IMG/VR virus record: IMGVR_UViG_3300043446_000566
Coordinates: 1-64,000 of that record
Reading direction: 5' to 3' (one strand)
Length of the DNA stretch: 64,000 nt
DNA from: a virus
Below are positions 36,379-47,303 of this stretch, piece after piece. Made by a program: the position numbers and the translations under genes. Under the pieces are notes generated by a model. The model saw only the letters and a program-made list of their open reading frames with translations, made no database searches and was not told the DNA's origin. Each line of letters begins with the position of its first letter. The stretch's first letter is position 1.

Positions 36379-39300
36379 TCAAATGATGCTGGACAGTCTT
36401 CCAACGATAGTATTTAGTTGTTCCTTCAGAGTTTCTATTTGCGACTGCTGCTCTTTGATTGCTTCGATGAGAAGTCCGACCATGTTGCCATACTGTACAC
36501 CATACTCATCGACATCTGCGGCATATGTGACAGCTTCTGGCAATACTTGTTCAACTTCTTGAGCGATGACACCAATCTGACGAGTCTTATTCTCATCATC
36601 AATCTTATTATAATACACGCCGCGAAGACTGTTGACTTTATTCAATGCGTTATCAACTGTGACAATATTCTCTTTCTTTCTTCTGTCAGAATACGCAACG
36701 ATATTACCTGTTGAGTAGATACCGCCGCTGACATACAAGTAATAAGAAGATGATGTGGTCGATGAGCCGACGCCCATGCAGTTATTAGCGACATTATGGT
36801 AAAGATACCAACGACTGTTTGCTTCACGATATACACCACCGTTACCAGCAGAGTCATACATGAATCCATTGACGCCACTGTATACGTCATAGATGCCACC
36901 ATAGGAATTCTTACTTCCGCCAATTCTCCATGGCGTGTAAGTGCCACTAGAGTTATATCCAAAATATATAGACGTATCGGCGCTGTAGTAAAGAATTGGA
37001 GTACGAAGTGAGCCATCCGCTTGCAGCGAGTTGTTTACATAGACGTTGCCACCACCAAGCGGATCACTGCCGTTATTGACCGACATGACCTGTGTGCCCA
37101 TGTCATAGTCAGTGTAAAATTTTACACCTTGATAACTTGCATTGGCACCAATTTTAATACCAGTATGAAACGCGATACGAAGATCTGGATACGGATGAGT
37201 CCATGCTCCTGACTCACGATAGATTGCATAAGCGGTGCTAAGCCCACTATCAAAGTACATTCCAAATGGATGGTCAGTGCTTACAGCATAGTTGTTTGAT
37301 AGGTAGTATGTGTTGAGTCTGTAGAGGATTGACGTACTGTTTCCATCTATGTAATAACCAGTGTTATCTTGATCATAGAAAATACCCGAACGGAACGACG
37401 AGCCGTTGTAGGCGTATCCGTCTAGCAAATAAAGTGGATTGTGGTAGTTATTATTTGAACTGTTCGGTGTAATAAAGCGCACACCATTACGGAACATAAC
37501 CTCGACACCAGTACCGTTGAAGTTACCGCTCAGATTAGCAATAGGATCTACGTTGAAGCATGGAGTGATATTGCCCGACGTATCACCAAACACAACAGCG
37601 CCATAGGTCGTGCTATACCCATAATAAGAGCCGTAAAAGGCTTTCCAGTTTATGTTGGCAGAGTTTCGTACAAAGAATGTGCCCACAACAGAAGCTGAAG
37701 TAGGGTCGACATAGTACGCGGTGTTGTTACTGTCGTAGAAGATAGGGGCGCGAGAAGACGCGTATGATGTTGTATTACCACTGTTGTCAATGATGAATGC
37801 ATTTATAGTGTCGGCGCTATTATTAAAGCGATAACCATATGATGGTGTTCCTTTGGCATATGAGCTATCACCAGCCCAATTTTGAACACCGTACCAGTTA
37901 ACAGAGGTTAAAATTGATGTACCATTTGGATCAACATAGTACGAGGTGTTGTCATAGTCGTAGAAAATGCGGCTTCTGACGCTGCTCTCGCCCACAACGT
38001 ACTGATCGCAATATAGAATTTTACTGCCATATGTGCGCACATACGTCGAGTCAGCCATATACCAGCCGCCGCCATATGACTCAAAATAAAATCCGCTAGT
38101 TCCAGAAACTCTGACCCATCCACCGTTGGCATAAATGTCGCCTTTGACATGCAACTTATAAGATGGATTAGAAGCACTAAAATTACCAATACCGACGTTA
38201 TTACTATACATCATCATTCCGTCAGTCGGAAGTGTTGTAGTATTTTCGCCATCGTATCCAGTAGCAAAGAATAATTTTCCTAGCGCATTCGCCGCATACA
38301 TTCTAAGTTCAGCGTTACTGCTATCATATTGACGAATACCGCAGCGCCAACCAGTGCTTGAACCAAACGTGATTAGACCATCGTATGCACCTTTTTCCAT
38401 TGCGAGTTTGCCATAAAAGATGCTAGTTCCGGCTGGATTGCAGTAGTAAGCAGTATTGTCACTATCATAAAACAGTGGTGCGCGGAAATCTGATGTAGCG
38501 TATCCTGTTCCTCCGACATGCAACGCATAAGAAGCAAAGTTGTCGCCGCCAGTAGCAACCCTAAGATTGCCACTACTATCAACAGTCATTACTCCTAAAT
38601 CGCTGCTGTTTCTCCAAACAAAATTAGCGCCTGTTCCATAGTATGTGGTGCTACCTGAAGCAAAATAAAATCTTGCTCGCCCTTCAGATGATGTGTGCCA
38701 AACCCCTGTAGCGGGATTGAGGTTGTTTATCGTAGAAACAGTCAACGCATTTATAACAGATGTGCTAGCAGGATCAATATAGTACGCAGTGTTATTGCTG
38801 TCATAGAAAATAGGTGCACGGAAATCTGAACCAGCTGTTCCTGTTCCAAAGACATCGATGTTTCTAGTTGACCCATAAACAGAGAATACTGCGCGACTAT
38901 TCACATAGTCGAAAATCGTGAAGTCTTTATATGTGCCAGCAGCGCCACCCCAATCTAGACCAACAACAGCATATGTTCCGCCAGTGTATGCATCAGCTGT
39001 CTTGAATTTGAGTCTAGCAGCTAAGTTTAGATCACCTGTATTAGTGAATGAAAGATTTGCACTTGTGACTGGAGTTTGATTTGATCCGCTAGCTGCAACA
39101 CCAACAATATAGTTTGTTGCCGCGGAAGCAGCAGATGCATTGATCGCAGTCGATGGACCAGTAGCACCCTGGACACCTTGAGCGCCTTGAACACCCTGCG
39201 CACCAGTCGCACCCTGGACGCCTTGAGCACCTGTTGCACCAGTAGCACCCTGAACACCTTGAGCGCCTGTTGAGCCTGTCGCGCCTTGAGCGCCAGTAGC

Positions 39301-42132
39301 ACCAGTCGCACCCTGCACACCTTGTGCACCAGTCGATCCAGTTGCGCCTTGAACGCCTTGCGCGCCAGTAGATCCTGTAGCACCTTGAACGCCTTGTGAA
39401 CCAGTTGCACCAGTCGCTCCCTGAGCACCAGCAGCACCTTGAATTCCTTGGAAGCCCTGTGAGCCAATCGCGCCTTGAGCGCCAGTAGCACCTTGAACAC
39501 CCTGCGCGCCTTGGACGCCCTGAGCACCCTGTGCGCCAGTTGCACCCTGCGCTCCAGCGGCACCTTGCGCACCAGCGGCACCCTGGACACCTTGTGCTCC
39601 CTGAACACCTTGAGCGCCTTGAACACCCTGCGCACCTTGGAATCCAGCACCATAAGCAATTAGATGCGCATCAAACCAAGACGCGGATGAGGCTCCCTCG
39701 ATAACTTGTGATGTTGGATTACCAGTGTATGCAGTAACTTCAACGTAATCAGTTGAACCATTGAAATATAATGTTGTGTCAATTGTTTGATTCTGAGATA
39801 CGCCAGTATTAGCAACAGGATCATATGTTAGTGTCGATTGAGTAGTGCCATTTTTTCTCAATTGAATATTATGTTGTTGATTGTTTACTGAACCTGCTTG
39901 CCATAATATCTGAACATTGATTTGATAATATCCAGCAATCGTTGGTTGAAACTTGTTTGTTGTGAACCAGTTTTGCGGATCATAGTCGTCAACAAATGTG
40001 ACAACCTGATCTGATCCGTTTGTAATAGTTTGATTTGTTCCACCCTTGACAGCACGAACAACATATGGGCTTGCTGCGAGACTTGATGCTGGACCAGTAG
40101 CACCTTGTACACCTTGATAGCCTTGTGAACCTTGAGCGCCTAAAGCGCCTTGAACGCCTTGCGCTCCCTGTGCGCCAGCAGCACCTTGAACACCTTGAAA
40201 ACCTTGCGCGCCTTGTACGCCTTGAGATCCAGTCGCGCCTGTAGCACCTTGAACACCCTGAGATCCAGTCGTTCCAGTTGCGCCTTGAACACCCTGAGCG
40301 CCTGTCGCGCCCGTAGCGCCTTGTGCACCAGCAGCACCCTGAAATCCTTGAGCGCCGACAGAACCTTGTACACCCTGCGCGCCTTGAGCGCCAGATGATC
40401 CTTGCGCACCAGCAGCACCTTGAACGCCTTGATAGCCTTGTGAACCTTGAACGCCCTGTGCGCCAGTGTCGCCTTTGTCACCAGTTCTTACGAATGTGAT
40501 CGTTGTATTTGTATTATTCGGGAACGTCGCTGTAGAAAGTGTAGAATCAAAACCAGCAATCGGAACACAGAACCATCCGTTAGGATCACCGATATGCGAG
40601 TGATTGCCGATGATACTGAACTGCGCATATTCTAGCACGTTCGCAGTGTTTGAGATTCTAAATGTGCCTTTGACAGCAGATGTAGAATCGTCAATTGTCT
40701 GAAGATAGTTGTAAGTGTTTGCGCCAGTGCTGTCGATATAATCAATATAAAGAGTCGTTGCGCTTAGAAGCGTCGCATTATTGACCTTTAGATTGCCATT
40801 TGATGGATCTGTATTTGCAGTGCTTGTCAAGAAGTTGTAGATGAATGATGCACCGCCGAATGAACCAGTTTCACCCTTGAGTCCTTGCGAACCCTGTGAA
40901 CCTTGAGCGCCAACAGAACCTTGAACACCTTGATAGCCTTGTGAACCTTGAGCGCCTAATGCGCCTTGGACGCCTTGAGCGCCTGTTGATCCAGTAGCAC
41001 CTTGAACGCCTTGAGCACCAGTAGCACCTTGAACGCCTTGAGCACCAGTAGATCCAGTAGCACCAGTTGCGCCTTGAACGCCTTGAATACCTGTTGCGCC
41101 TTGTGCGCCAACGACACCTTGTGAACCTTGGACACCTTGCGAGCCAGTTACACCTTGAAAACCTTGCGAGCCTTGAACGCCTTGAGCGCCAGTTGAGCCT
41201 GTAGCGCCTTGAACGCCTTGATAACCTTGAAAGCCTTGCGCGCCTTGAACCCCTTGAGATCCTACAGCGCCTTGAATGCCTTGCGCACCAGTTGCACCTT
41301 GAACACCCTGAGCACCGATATCGCCTTGAACCCCTTGAGATCCTACAGCGCCTTGCACACCTTGCGCGCCAGTTGCACCTTGAACACCTTGAAAACCTTG
41401 CGAACCTTGAACGCCTTGTGATCCAGTCGCACCTGTAGCACCCTGGACGCCTTGAGCACCTTGAAATCCTTGAACACCTGTAGAACCCTGAACGCCTTGA
41501 TATCCTTGCGATCCTTGAACACCTTGTGCTCCTTGGACGCCTTGCGAGCCTTGAGCGCCTAAAGCACCTTGAACGCCTTGAGCGCCGACAGAGCCTTGTG
41601 CGCCGACTGATCCTTGCGCACCATTAGCGCCTTGGACACCTTGAGCGCCAACAGAACCTTGCACTCCAGCAATACCTTGAGCGCCAGTAGAACCTACTGC
41701 ACCTTGAGAGCCTTGCGCGCCTTGAATGCCTGCTGCACCTTGCGCGCCAAGAACACCTTGCGCGCCTTGAAATCCTTGAGCACCCTGAGAACCTTGTGCT
41801 CCTTGAATGCCTTGATAGCCTTGATATCCCTGCGCGCCTTGAAATCCTTGTGCGCCTTGAACACCTTGATAACCCTGGTAGCCAGAAACGATATTGACTT
41901 TATCGCCGCCGTTGTTCTCGCGAACAGTGATATTTGAACCACCAGCGTTTGTGATGACATTGACTTTATCGCCAGCGCTTTGCTGATCGCGAACTACGAT
42001 GCGACCTTGCTGACCATTTGGACCAGGAGAAACATTGACTTTGTTTCCACCCTGTTCGCGGATCAGAATGTTACTCTTATTCCCAGCGTTTTGAGTCGCT
42101 GAAGAATTATTTGCGCTGACTGAAATTTTCAT
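36379..42132 (-). CDS. long collagen-like tail fibre (1917 aa) with a C1q-like domain, repeated modules and a C-terminal peptidase S74 chaperone
   Basis: Three (Gly-X-Gln/Thr)n blocks, a C1q/TNF-like beta domain, six R.[PRG][IL][FL]Y repeats, and YSD.RKKENI...IGVIAQEV...LLIEAIKE. Confidence 0.9.
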   Translation of the reverse strand: MKISVSANNSSATQNAGNKSNILIREQGGNKVNVSPGPNGQQGRIVVRDQQSAGDKVNVITNAGGSNITVRENNGGDKVNIVSGYQGYQGVQGAQGFQGAQGYQGYQGIQGAQGSQGAQGFQGAQGVLGAQGAAGIQGAQGSQGAVGSTGAQGIAGVQGSVGAQGVQGANGAQGSVGAQGSVGAQGVQGALGAQGSQGVQGAQGVQGSQGYQGVQGSTGVQGFQGAQGVQGATGATGSQGVQGSQGFQGVQGATGAQGVQGAVGSQGVQGDIGAQGVQGATGAQGIQGAVGSQGVQGAQGFQGYQGVQGATGSTGAQGVQGSQGFQGVTGSQGVQGSQGVVGAQGATGIQGVQGATGATGSTGAQGVQGATGAQGVQGATGSTGAQGVQGALGAQGSQGYQGVQGSVGAQGSQGSQGLKGETGSFGGASFIYNFLTSTANTDPSNGNLKVNNATLLSATTLYIDYIDSTGANTYNYLQTIDDSTSAVKGTFRISNTANVLEYAQFSIIGNHSHIGDPNGWFCVPIAGFDSTLSTATFPNNTNTTITFVRTGDKGDTGAQGVQGSQGYQGVQGAAGAQGSSGAQGAQGVQGSVGAQGFQGAAGAQGATGATGAQGVQGATGTTGSQGVQGATGATGSQGVQGAQGFQGVQGAAGAQGAQGVQGALGAQGSQGYQGVQGATGPASSLAASPYVVRAVKGGTNQTITNGSDQVVTFVDDYDPQNWFTTNKFQPTIAGYYQINVQILWQAGSVNNQQHNIQLRKNGTTQSTLTYDPVANTGVSQNQTIDTTLYFNGSTDYVEVTAYTGNPTSQVIEGASSASWFDAHLIAYGAGFQGAQGVQGAQGVQGAQGVQGAAGAQGAAGAQGATGAQGAQGVQGAQGVQGATGAQGAIGSQGFQGIQGAAGAQGATGATGSQGVQGATGSTGAQGVQGATGSTGAQGVQGATGATGAQGATGSTGAQGVQGATGATGAQGVQGATGAQGVQGAQGVQGATGPSTAINASAASAATNYIVGVAASGSNQTPVTSANLSFTNTGDLNLAARLKFKTADAYTGGTYAVVGLDWGGAAGTYKDFTIFDYVNSRAVFSVYGSTRNIDVFGTGTAGSDFRAPIFYDSNNTAYYIDPASTSVINALTVSTINNLNPATGVWHTSSEGRARFYFASGSTTYYGTGANFVWRNSSDLGVMTVDSSGNLRVATGGDNFASYALHVGGTGYATSDFRAPLFYDSDNTAYYCNPAGTSIFYGKLAMEKGAYDGLITFGSSTGWRCGIRQYDSSNAELRMYAANALGKLFFATGYDGENTTTLPTDGMMMYSNNVGIGNFSASNPSYKLHVKGDIYANGGWVRVSGTSGFYFESYGGGWYMADSTYVRTYGSKILYCDQYVVGESSVRSRIFYDYDNTSYYVDPNGTSILTSVNWYGVQNWAGDSSYAKGTPSYGYRFNNSADTINAFIIDNSGNTTSYASSRAPIFYDSNNTAYYVDPTSASVVGTFFVRNSANINWKAFYGSYYGYSTTYGAVVFGDTSGNITPCFNVDPIANLSGNFNGTGVEVMFRNGVRFITPNSSNNNYHNPLYLLDGYAYNGSSFRSGIFYDQDNTGYYIDGNSTSILYRLNTYYLSNNYAVSTDHPFGMYFDSGLSTAYAIYRESGAWTHPYPDLRIAFHTGIKIGANASYQGVKFYTDYDMGTQVMSVNNGSDPLGGGNVYVNNSLQADGSLRTPILYYSADTSIYFGYNSSGTYTPWRIGGSKNSYGGIYDVYSGVNGFMYDSAGNGGVYREANSRWYLYHNVANNCMGVGSSTTSSSYYLYVSGGIYSTGNIVAYSDRRKKENIVTVDNALNKVNSLRGVYYNKIDDENKTRQIGVIAQEVEQVLPEAVTYAADVDEYGVQYGNMVGLLIEAIKEQQSQIETLKEQLNTIVGRLSSII
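36411..36418 (-). promoter_or_regulatory. putative late promoter (ACTAAATA) for the accessory genes of fibre cassette A
   Basis: Late motif 42 nt upstream of the 36369 start. Confidence 0.55.
39155..41882 (-). repeat. collagen-like Gly-X-Y coding repeats (9-bp periodicity) in three blocks, about 40872-41882, 40090-40480 and 39155-39650
   Basis: Recurrent ccttgaacacc/ccttgagcgcc units encoding GAQGVQ-type triplets. Confidence 0.95.
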
Positions 42133-42464
42133 TTAGTGATTTGCGGATACACTGTGATAATGCCTTCGATCACTCTTGAAGTAACATTTGCTGCGTCTTT
42201 CATCTTGACATCGTAGAGATATCTGCCAGCTTTGATGTTAGCTGTAGTCGCCGAATTCATCGACAGAGCAACATTGCCGTTGGCTACGTTGTCGATTGTC
42301 ACAGCTAGATTCGCAGTGACGTTGGCTGAATAGTAAGACTTACGAATAGATGAAGAGAATGTGTAGTTGGCGACGTTGATTACACTTCCATCGTTGTTTG
42401 TCAAATCGATATTGACCGAGAAGTCTGTGCCTTGATCGCAATAAAGTTCAACAAAACTAGCCAT
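42129..42464 (-). CDS. small virion structural/adaptor protein
   Basis: DQGTDF, IRKSY.S, GRYLYDV, RVIEGI.TV.P motifs common next to T4-like fibre genes. Confidence 0.75.
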   Translation of the reverse strand: MASFVELYCDQGTDFSVNIDLTNNDGSVINVANYTFSSSIRKSYYSANVTANLAVTIDNVANGNVALSMNSATTANIKAGRYLYDVKMKDAANVTSRVIEGIITVYPQITK

Positions 42465-42493
42465 TTTTGTACCCTAGAGAGGTTATATTTGAT

Positions 42494-42501
42494 TATTTAG
42501 C
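42494..42501 (-). promoter_or_regulatory. late promoter (GCTAAATA) for fibre cassette A
   Basis: Late motif overlapping the stop of sulfotransferase B. Confidence 0.7.
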
Positions 42502-43150
42502 TAAAGGTAATTCCCTTGCTATTGAAAAAATCATAATCTTCACGGTAGAATTCTTTGATTTTTAGCACATCAGCTTCAGATAGGTCTGTCCTTTTATGCA
42601 ACTTGATTCCTAAATTTTCCCTAGGTATTTTAGATGGCTCTAGATCAAATAGCCTGCAAATTTTTCTAGCCTCGTTGTCGAAATTCCTAAAGTCTAGAAA
42701 TACCGTGTTTGGATTTTGAAACCATTCTTTTTGACTTTGAAAAATGGTGCTTCTATTTTGTCCTAAAGTATCTAAAAACTGTATCGGAGTTATTGAGTCG
42801 ATCTTATTCTTTTGAGTTTCTGTTAGATCCTCATACGTCGCGACAGAAGCGCATGAAAATTCTTCACCATAGAAATGACCTAGCAAATACTTTACAACAG
42901 CAGAAGGATCTCTTCTCTTATGAATCTCACCTCTTGTAGAAGCTAAGACATGGTTGAATGCAGAAACGTATCTTTCAACTGGATCTCTGTAAAAACAATA
43001 AAAAGTATAATCATTTGGCTCTGAAATACTCTTTTCATGTGTGTGAGAATTCAGATCAGCATCTAGATTCTTTAGCAAATTATGTAAAGAAGCGGAGCCA
43101 GTTTTTGGATTATACAGTAGCGCTATTCTCTTTTCTTTATGGAGTAGCAT
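42497..43150 (-). CDS. sulfotransferase family protein (Sulfotransfer_2-like), copy B
   Basis: NPKTGSAS (5'-PSB), FYRDPVERYVSAFNH (3'-PB), FYREDYDFF. Confidence 0.82.
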   Translation of the reverse strand: MLLHKEKRIALLYNPKTGSASLHNLLKNLDADLNSHTHEKSISEPNDYTFYCFYRDPVERYVSAFNHVLASTRGEIHKRRDPSAVVKYLLGHFYGEEFSCASVATYEDLTETQKNKIDSITPIQFLDTLGQNRSTIFQSQKEWFQNPNTVFLDFRNFDNEARKICRLFDLEPSKIPRENLGIKLHKRTDLSEADVLKIKEFYREDYDFFNSKGITFS

Positions 43151-43469
43151 TCAGTTTAGCCACATTCTCATTTTGAATTGCGATAATATCAACTTTTGAG
43201 TCGACCCATTGACGAAAATATTTGTTAGATCCAATACCTTGCTCTGAGATTTTCGCATGAGAAATAAAATTTGTCTGAGTAGGTGGATCTAGAACCAATG
43301 TTCCGCTATGATAAACATGAACATGATAGTCACTACCTGGCACCATTCTGCTAGTGTCAGTCGATATAACGTAATAGTTTATGGCTGTATACACATGATC
43401 CTGAATAGCTTCGTTGTATTCAGAACCGACGCTGGGTATATGAAAAATGTGTGTTATGTTATTTGCCAT
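43137..43469 (-). CDS. fibre-associated hypothetical protein
   Basis: Intact ORF coupled to sulfotransferase B; distant resemblance to 35995..36369 (G...L.....FI....ISE....WV). Confidence 0.7.
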   Translation of the reverse strand: MANNITHIFHIPSVGSEYNEAIQDHVYTAINYYVISTDTSRMVPGSDYHVHVYHSGTLVLDPPTQTNFISHAKISEQGIGSNKYFRQWVDSKVDIIAIQNENVAKLNATP

Positions 43470-43475
43470 TGTATT

Positions 43476-44195
43476 TTACAGAGTGAGCGATACGTTGAAA
43501 TTGCCAGTCCATCCGTTGAACGCCTTCCATGGCGTGTACACTCCGCTACCTAGTGGAAATTCATAGACAGTATAATTACCACCAGAGTTATAACTATTAC
43601 TTGTCGATGAAGCGCGGGTTCTTGTTACACCAAAAACAGTAACCGAAGTCCACCAGTTACCCAATGTCGATGTCGTCACATCGCCAGAAAAAGCTATAGA
43701 AGTGTTTAGTAATGTTGTAACAGAACTTGGCGCAGTGTCTACTTTCCATAAGTCATAGACTGCAATTATGCTGGTGCTTCCACTTCCACTTTTACTTGTT
43801 CCAACAGTAGAGTAAGATCCTATAGTTCCAAATCCAGAGGAAATACCTTGTCCGCTAAACTGTGAACTTGCGAAAGATGTTGTACTTACGCCAAATGCTG
43901 TGTAATAATAACTATGATAGACTGGACCGCCAAAATTAGAAGTCGTAGAACTGTATGTTCCGGAAGTTCCTTGGCCACCAGTCCATGTTGTTCCAGCAGA
44001 ACTATCAAAATTAGAAGATCCACCGATATATTGGCGAATCGTCAATGCTGAAGGATTTGTCGAGATCGATAGATTATTAGAATGCGACGCAACATAACCA
44101 CCACCTCTAACATATGATCTCAGATTCGATGGAGGTGTGCCTCCACCGTATTCTGTTTTGATATCACTCAGCGTAGGAGTAGAACCGATAGTCAT
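43476..44195 (-). CDS. putative fibre-tip adhesin (gp38-like arrangement), copy B
   Basis: N-terminal TLSDIKTEYGG..P..L.SYVRGG.YV motif followed by a G/S/T/Y-rich domain; start overlaps the fibre stop. Confidence 0.6.
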   Translation of the reverse strand: MTIGSTPTLSDIKTEYGGGTPPSNLRSYVRGGGYVASHSNNLSISTNPSALTIRQYIGGSSNFDSSAGTTWTGGQGTSGTYSSTTSNFGGPVYHSYYYTAFGVSTTSFASSQFSGQGISSGFGTIGSYSTVGTSKSGSGSTSIIAVYDLWKVDTAPSSVTTLLNTSIAFSGDVTTSTLGNWWTSVTVFGVTRTRASSTSNSYNSGGNYTVYEFPLGSGVYTPWKAFNGWTGNFNVSLTL

Positions 44196-47095
44196 TATCT
44201 ATTTTCCAGTTCTTTCACTCTCTTGTCTAGTTCCTTGATAGCTTCAATTAGAACTGGAACAAGTTTATCATAAGAAACTGACAAGTGACCGTCAACCATC
44301 TCTGAAACTGCTGAAGGTAATAGCTGTTGAATTTCTTGAGCGATGACGCCATATTGTAGTCTCTGATCTTTTTCTGGATCAATCCAGCGGAACGAAACAC
44401 CATTGATCGAGTTTACCTTATCAACAGGAGTTTCAATATTTCCGTATACATGCTTTAGTTCAGCGTCTGATGCGGTCGAGAAATCATAGGCATAAACAGT
44501 CGTCGATGACCAGTAAATGCTACTGCAAGCAGCTGCTGTTTGTGAAGAACCAATTCCAGCAACACCTACAAGATAATTTGTTCCAGCTGAAGCAGAGGCA
44601 TTGATCGATGTAGAAGGACCAGCAGCGCCTTGCACACCCTGAGCGCCTGTCGCGCCAGTAGCACCTTGAACGCCTTGAGCACCAGTAGCACCAGCCGCGC
44701 CTTGCACACCTTGAAATCCTTGCGCGCCTGTGCCGCCATTAGTACCAGCAGCACCTTGAACACCTTGGAATCCCTGTGCACCTGTACTGCCGTTGCTACC
44801 AGCTGCACCTTGTACGCCTTGGAATCCTTGAGCACCAGTCGCTCCTGCGGCACCAGCAGAGCCTTGAGCACCCGTTGCGCCAGCAGTGCCTTGAGAACCA
44901 GTCGCACCTTGAGCGCCATTGCTACCAGCAGCGCCTTGAGCACCAGTAGCACCTGTTGCACCAGTCGCGCCTTGTACACCCTGAGCGCCTGTCGCGCCTT
45001 GAACACCTTGTGCGCCAGTAGAACCAGTTGAGCCTGTAGCACCCTGTACGCCTTGGAATCCTTGTGCACCTTGCACACCTTGAAATCCTTGGAATCCTTG
45101 AGCGCCTTGTCTACCTTGTGCACCCTGCACACCTTGTGGACCTAATGCGCCAGGGTTTGAAGTATTCGCTGAGAATGCGAGTCTTGTATTTGAACCAGAT
45201 GTTGAAACTGCTACGTTGATCGAATCAGTATTTGCAACTTCTAGATTCTGCTTATTTGTCACACTGCTTGTATTTGCGTGATACACAGAAACAGTATTTG
45301 CGGCAGTATTCGCAGCACCATAAGCCGCTACAGCGGTATCATATGCTGTCTTTACTGTGCTTCCAGCCGCTGCATCAGTAGTGCTTGTGCTTGTGACTGT
45401 TGTGATAAGATTCTGAGTAGTAAGCAGTGTATAATACGCAAGATTCGCATTACCAGTTGCGCGCCAGACACCAGCAGTTGATGAGAAGAAGATCTCAGAG
45501 TTGCCGTTGGTTCCTGCACGGCGGCTACGGAATGTAGCATCGCCATCACTTACAGCTGAAGCACGAAGAACAAAGGTATTTGAATCTAGTGTAGTAGATC
45601 CTGTAACAACCTGTGTGCCTGTGATTGTCACGTTATTGAATACAGCATTACCTTGGCTGAGGCTATATGTGCCTGCTGTATCAAGGATTATGTTTGTTGC
45701 AGTAGTTCTGCCGTTTAGATTTGCTGTGCCAGTCACAGTCAGATTCTGTGACATGGTTGTATTCTTGCTCACAGCAAGATTAGAAGACAGCGTTGTGTCT
45801 CCAGTCACGCCCAACGTAGTTCCTACAGTCGCAGCACCAGTGATTGTAGCTGAAGCGAGTGTAGCAGCGCCAGAACTGAGTGTTCCTGTTACTGTAGCAT
45901 TCTGCGATACTGTGACGTTCTTGCTCACAGCTAGGTTTGATGATACAGTGGTATTACCAGTTACTGTAAGATTTGCTGATAGCGTTGTGTCGCCAGTCAC
46001 GCCTAGTGTAGTGCCAACAGTTGCAGCACCAGTAATAGTTGCTGAGGCAAGTGTAGCAGCACCAGAATTCAATGTTCCAGTGATTGTAGCATTCTGACTA
46101 ATTGTTGCGTTCTTACTTACAGCTAGATTAGAAGACAGCGTTGTATTAGCTGCTACAGTTAGATTAGCAGATAATGTGGCATTGCCAGTCACGCCTAATG
46201 TGGTACCGACAGTTGCAGCGCCAGTAATAGTAGCTGAGGCAAGTGTAGCAGCACCTGAACTTAGTGTGCCAGTAATCGTTGCGTTTTGGCCAATCGTTGT
46301 ATTTTTGCTTACAGTCAGATTAGAAGATAATGTTGTATTACCTGTGACAGCAAGATTAGATGATAAAGTCGTATCACCAGTCACACCCAGAGTCGTGCCA
46401 ACAGTTGCAGCACCAGTAATAGTAGCTGAGGCAAGCGTAGCAGCACCAGAACTGAGTGTTCCAGTGATCGTCGCATTTTGGCCGACTGTGAGATTGCTTG
46501 TGATAGCGACATTTGAATTCAATGCTGTATTGCCAGTAACAGTAAGCAGACCAGAAAGCGTTGTGTTTTGCGAAACAGCTACGTTAGAGTTTAGTGCTGT
46601 ATTGCCAGTAACCTTTACATCGCCAGTGACGTTTGCTGTTCCTGTGATTGTAGTGTTCTGTGAGATAGTGACGTTCTTTGAAACAGCGACGTTTGAGTAT
46701 AGAAACGTATTACCAGTCACTTCAGCAGTCGATACGACATTCAATGTGCCAGTGACATTGGCATTCTGTGAGATGACTGTGTTCTTAGAAACAGCTAGAT
46801 TTGATGAAAGCGTTGTATTGCCGCCGACTGTAGCTGTGTTACCAACAGAGAGAATAGAAGTTGTTGTCGTGCCACCAATCAGAGCGTCAGAAGCTGCGCC
46901 GATCAGAGTCAGAAGAGTTCCGCTTGTTGATCGCGAAAGAGTGATCGCGCCGTTAGAGATAATGAAGTCGCTATTATCTTTTACGAATGGATGATTTCGT
47001 AGAATGTTTCTGTCAGCAATCAGAGAATTTGTAGCTACGCGCCAATCGTCAAACGTATTAGCGATTTGAATTAGTCCAATATTTACGTTAGCCAT
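44195..47095 (-). CDS. tail fibre (966 aa) with T/S/N/G-rich repeats, a collagen block and a C-terminal S74 chaperone
   Basis: N-terminal NTFDDWR..TN attachment motif, G-X-Q repeats, ASD..LK...YGVIAQE...LIEAIKEL. Confidence 0.88.
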   Translation of the reverse strand: MANVNIGLIQIANTFDDWRVATNSLIADRNILRNHPFVKDNSDFIISNGAITLSRSTSGTLLTLIGAASDALIGGTTTTSILSVGNTATVGGNTTLSSNLAVSKNTVISQNANVTGTLNVVSTAEVTGNTFLYSNVAVSKNVTISQNTTITGTANVTGDVKVTGNTALNSNVAVSQNTTLSGLLTVTGNTALNSNVAITSNLTVGQNATITGTLSSGAATLASATITGAATVGTTLGVTGDTTLSSNLAVTGNTTLSSNLTVSKNTTIGQNATITGTLSSGAATLASATITGAATVGTTLGVTGNATLSANLTVAANTTLSSNLAVSKNATISQNATITGTLNSGAATLASATITGAATVGTTLGVTGDTTLSANLTVTGNTTVSSNLAVSKNVTVSQNATVTGTLSSGAATLASATITGAATVGTTLGVTGDTTLSSNLAVSKNTTMSQNLTVTGTANLNGRTTATNIILDTAGTYSLSQGNAVFNNVTITGTQVVTGSTTLDSNTFVLRASAVSDGDATFRSRRAGTNGNSEIFFSSTAGVWRATGNANLAYYTLLTTQNLITTVTSTSTTDAAAGSTVKTAYDTAVAAYGAANTAANTVSVYHANTSSVTNKQNLEVANTDSINVAVSTSGSNTRLAFSANTSNPGALGPQGVQGAQGRQGAQGFQGFQGVQGAQGFQGVQGATGSTGSTGAQGVQGATGAQGVQGATGATGATGAQGAAGSNGAQGATGSQGTAGATGAQGSAGAAGATGAQGFQGVQGAAGSNGSTGAQGFQGVQGAAGTNGGTGAQGFQGVQGAAGATGAQGVQGATGATGAQGVQGAAGPSTSINASASAGTNYLVGVAGIGSSQTAAACSSIYWSSTTVYAYDFSTASDAELKHVYGNIETPVDKVNSINGVSFRWIDPEKDQRLQYGVIAQEIQQLLPSAVSEMVDGHLSVSYDKLVPVLIEAIKELDKRVKELENR
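44617..45145 (-). repeat. collagen-like Gly-X-Y coding repeat
   Basis: [12 protein letters not shown] triplets. Confidence 0.95.
45780..46500 (-). repeat. four tandem ~60-aa units ([32 protein letters not shown]...)
   Basis: Near-identical protein units with about 180-bp period in the 966-aa fibre. Confidence 0.9.
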
Positions 47096-47096
47096 T

Positions 47097-47303
47097 TTAT
47101 CCTCTGTTCAAAATCTGCTGTAGCATATTTTTGATTTCTAAGACGTCCGATTTTATCTTATTTATTTCGGCATCTCTTAGTTGATTTTCTCTATGCTTTT
47201 GAAGTTCGTTTTGATACTTGCTTACTTCAGTTACATCCGTACACAAAACCGCCATGTTAGTAGCGTCTCTAGCGTATTTTGTGCCCTCAATCTTGTACTT
47301 CAT
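47097..47303 (-). CDS. small hypothetical protein
   Basis: YARD..NMAVL...EIN.IK.DV.EIK.ML motif typical after VrlC-like genes. Confidence 0.75.
   Translation of the reverse strand: MKYKIEGTKYARDATNMAVLCTDVTEVSKYQNELQKHRENQLRDAEINKIKSDVLEIKNMLQQILNRG

Noticed and set aside
39027-45132. Alternative-frame ORFs (39027-39659, 40140-40481, 44566-45132 and plus-strand ones) and CRISPR-like periodicity
   Set aside because: By-products of the 9-bp collagen codon repeat; there is no constant repeat with unique spacers
45501-46994. Plus-strand ORFs of 198 and 272 aa
   Set aside because: Antisense shadows of the T/A/G/V-rich fibre repeats
36379-47095. Diversity-generating retroelement or invertible shufflon acting on the fibres
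   Set aside because: No reverse transcriptase, recombinase, inverted cassettes or adenine-specific TR/VR pair visible in the window
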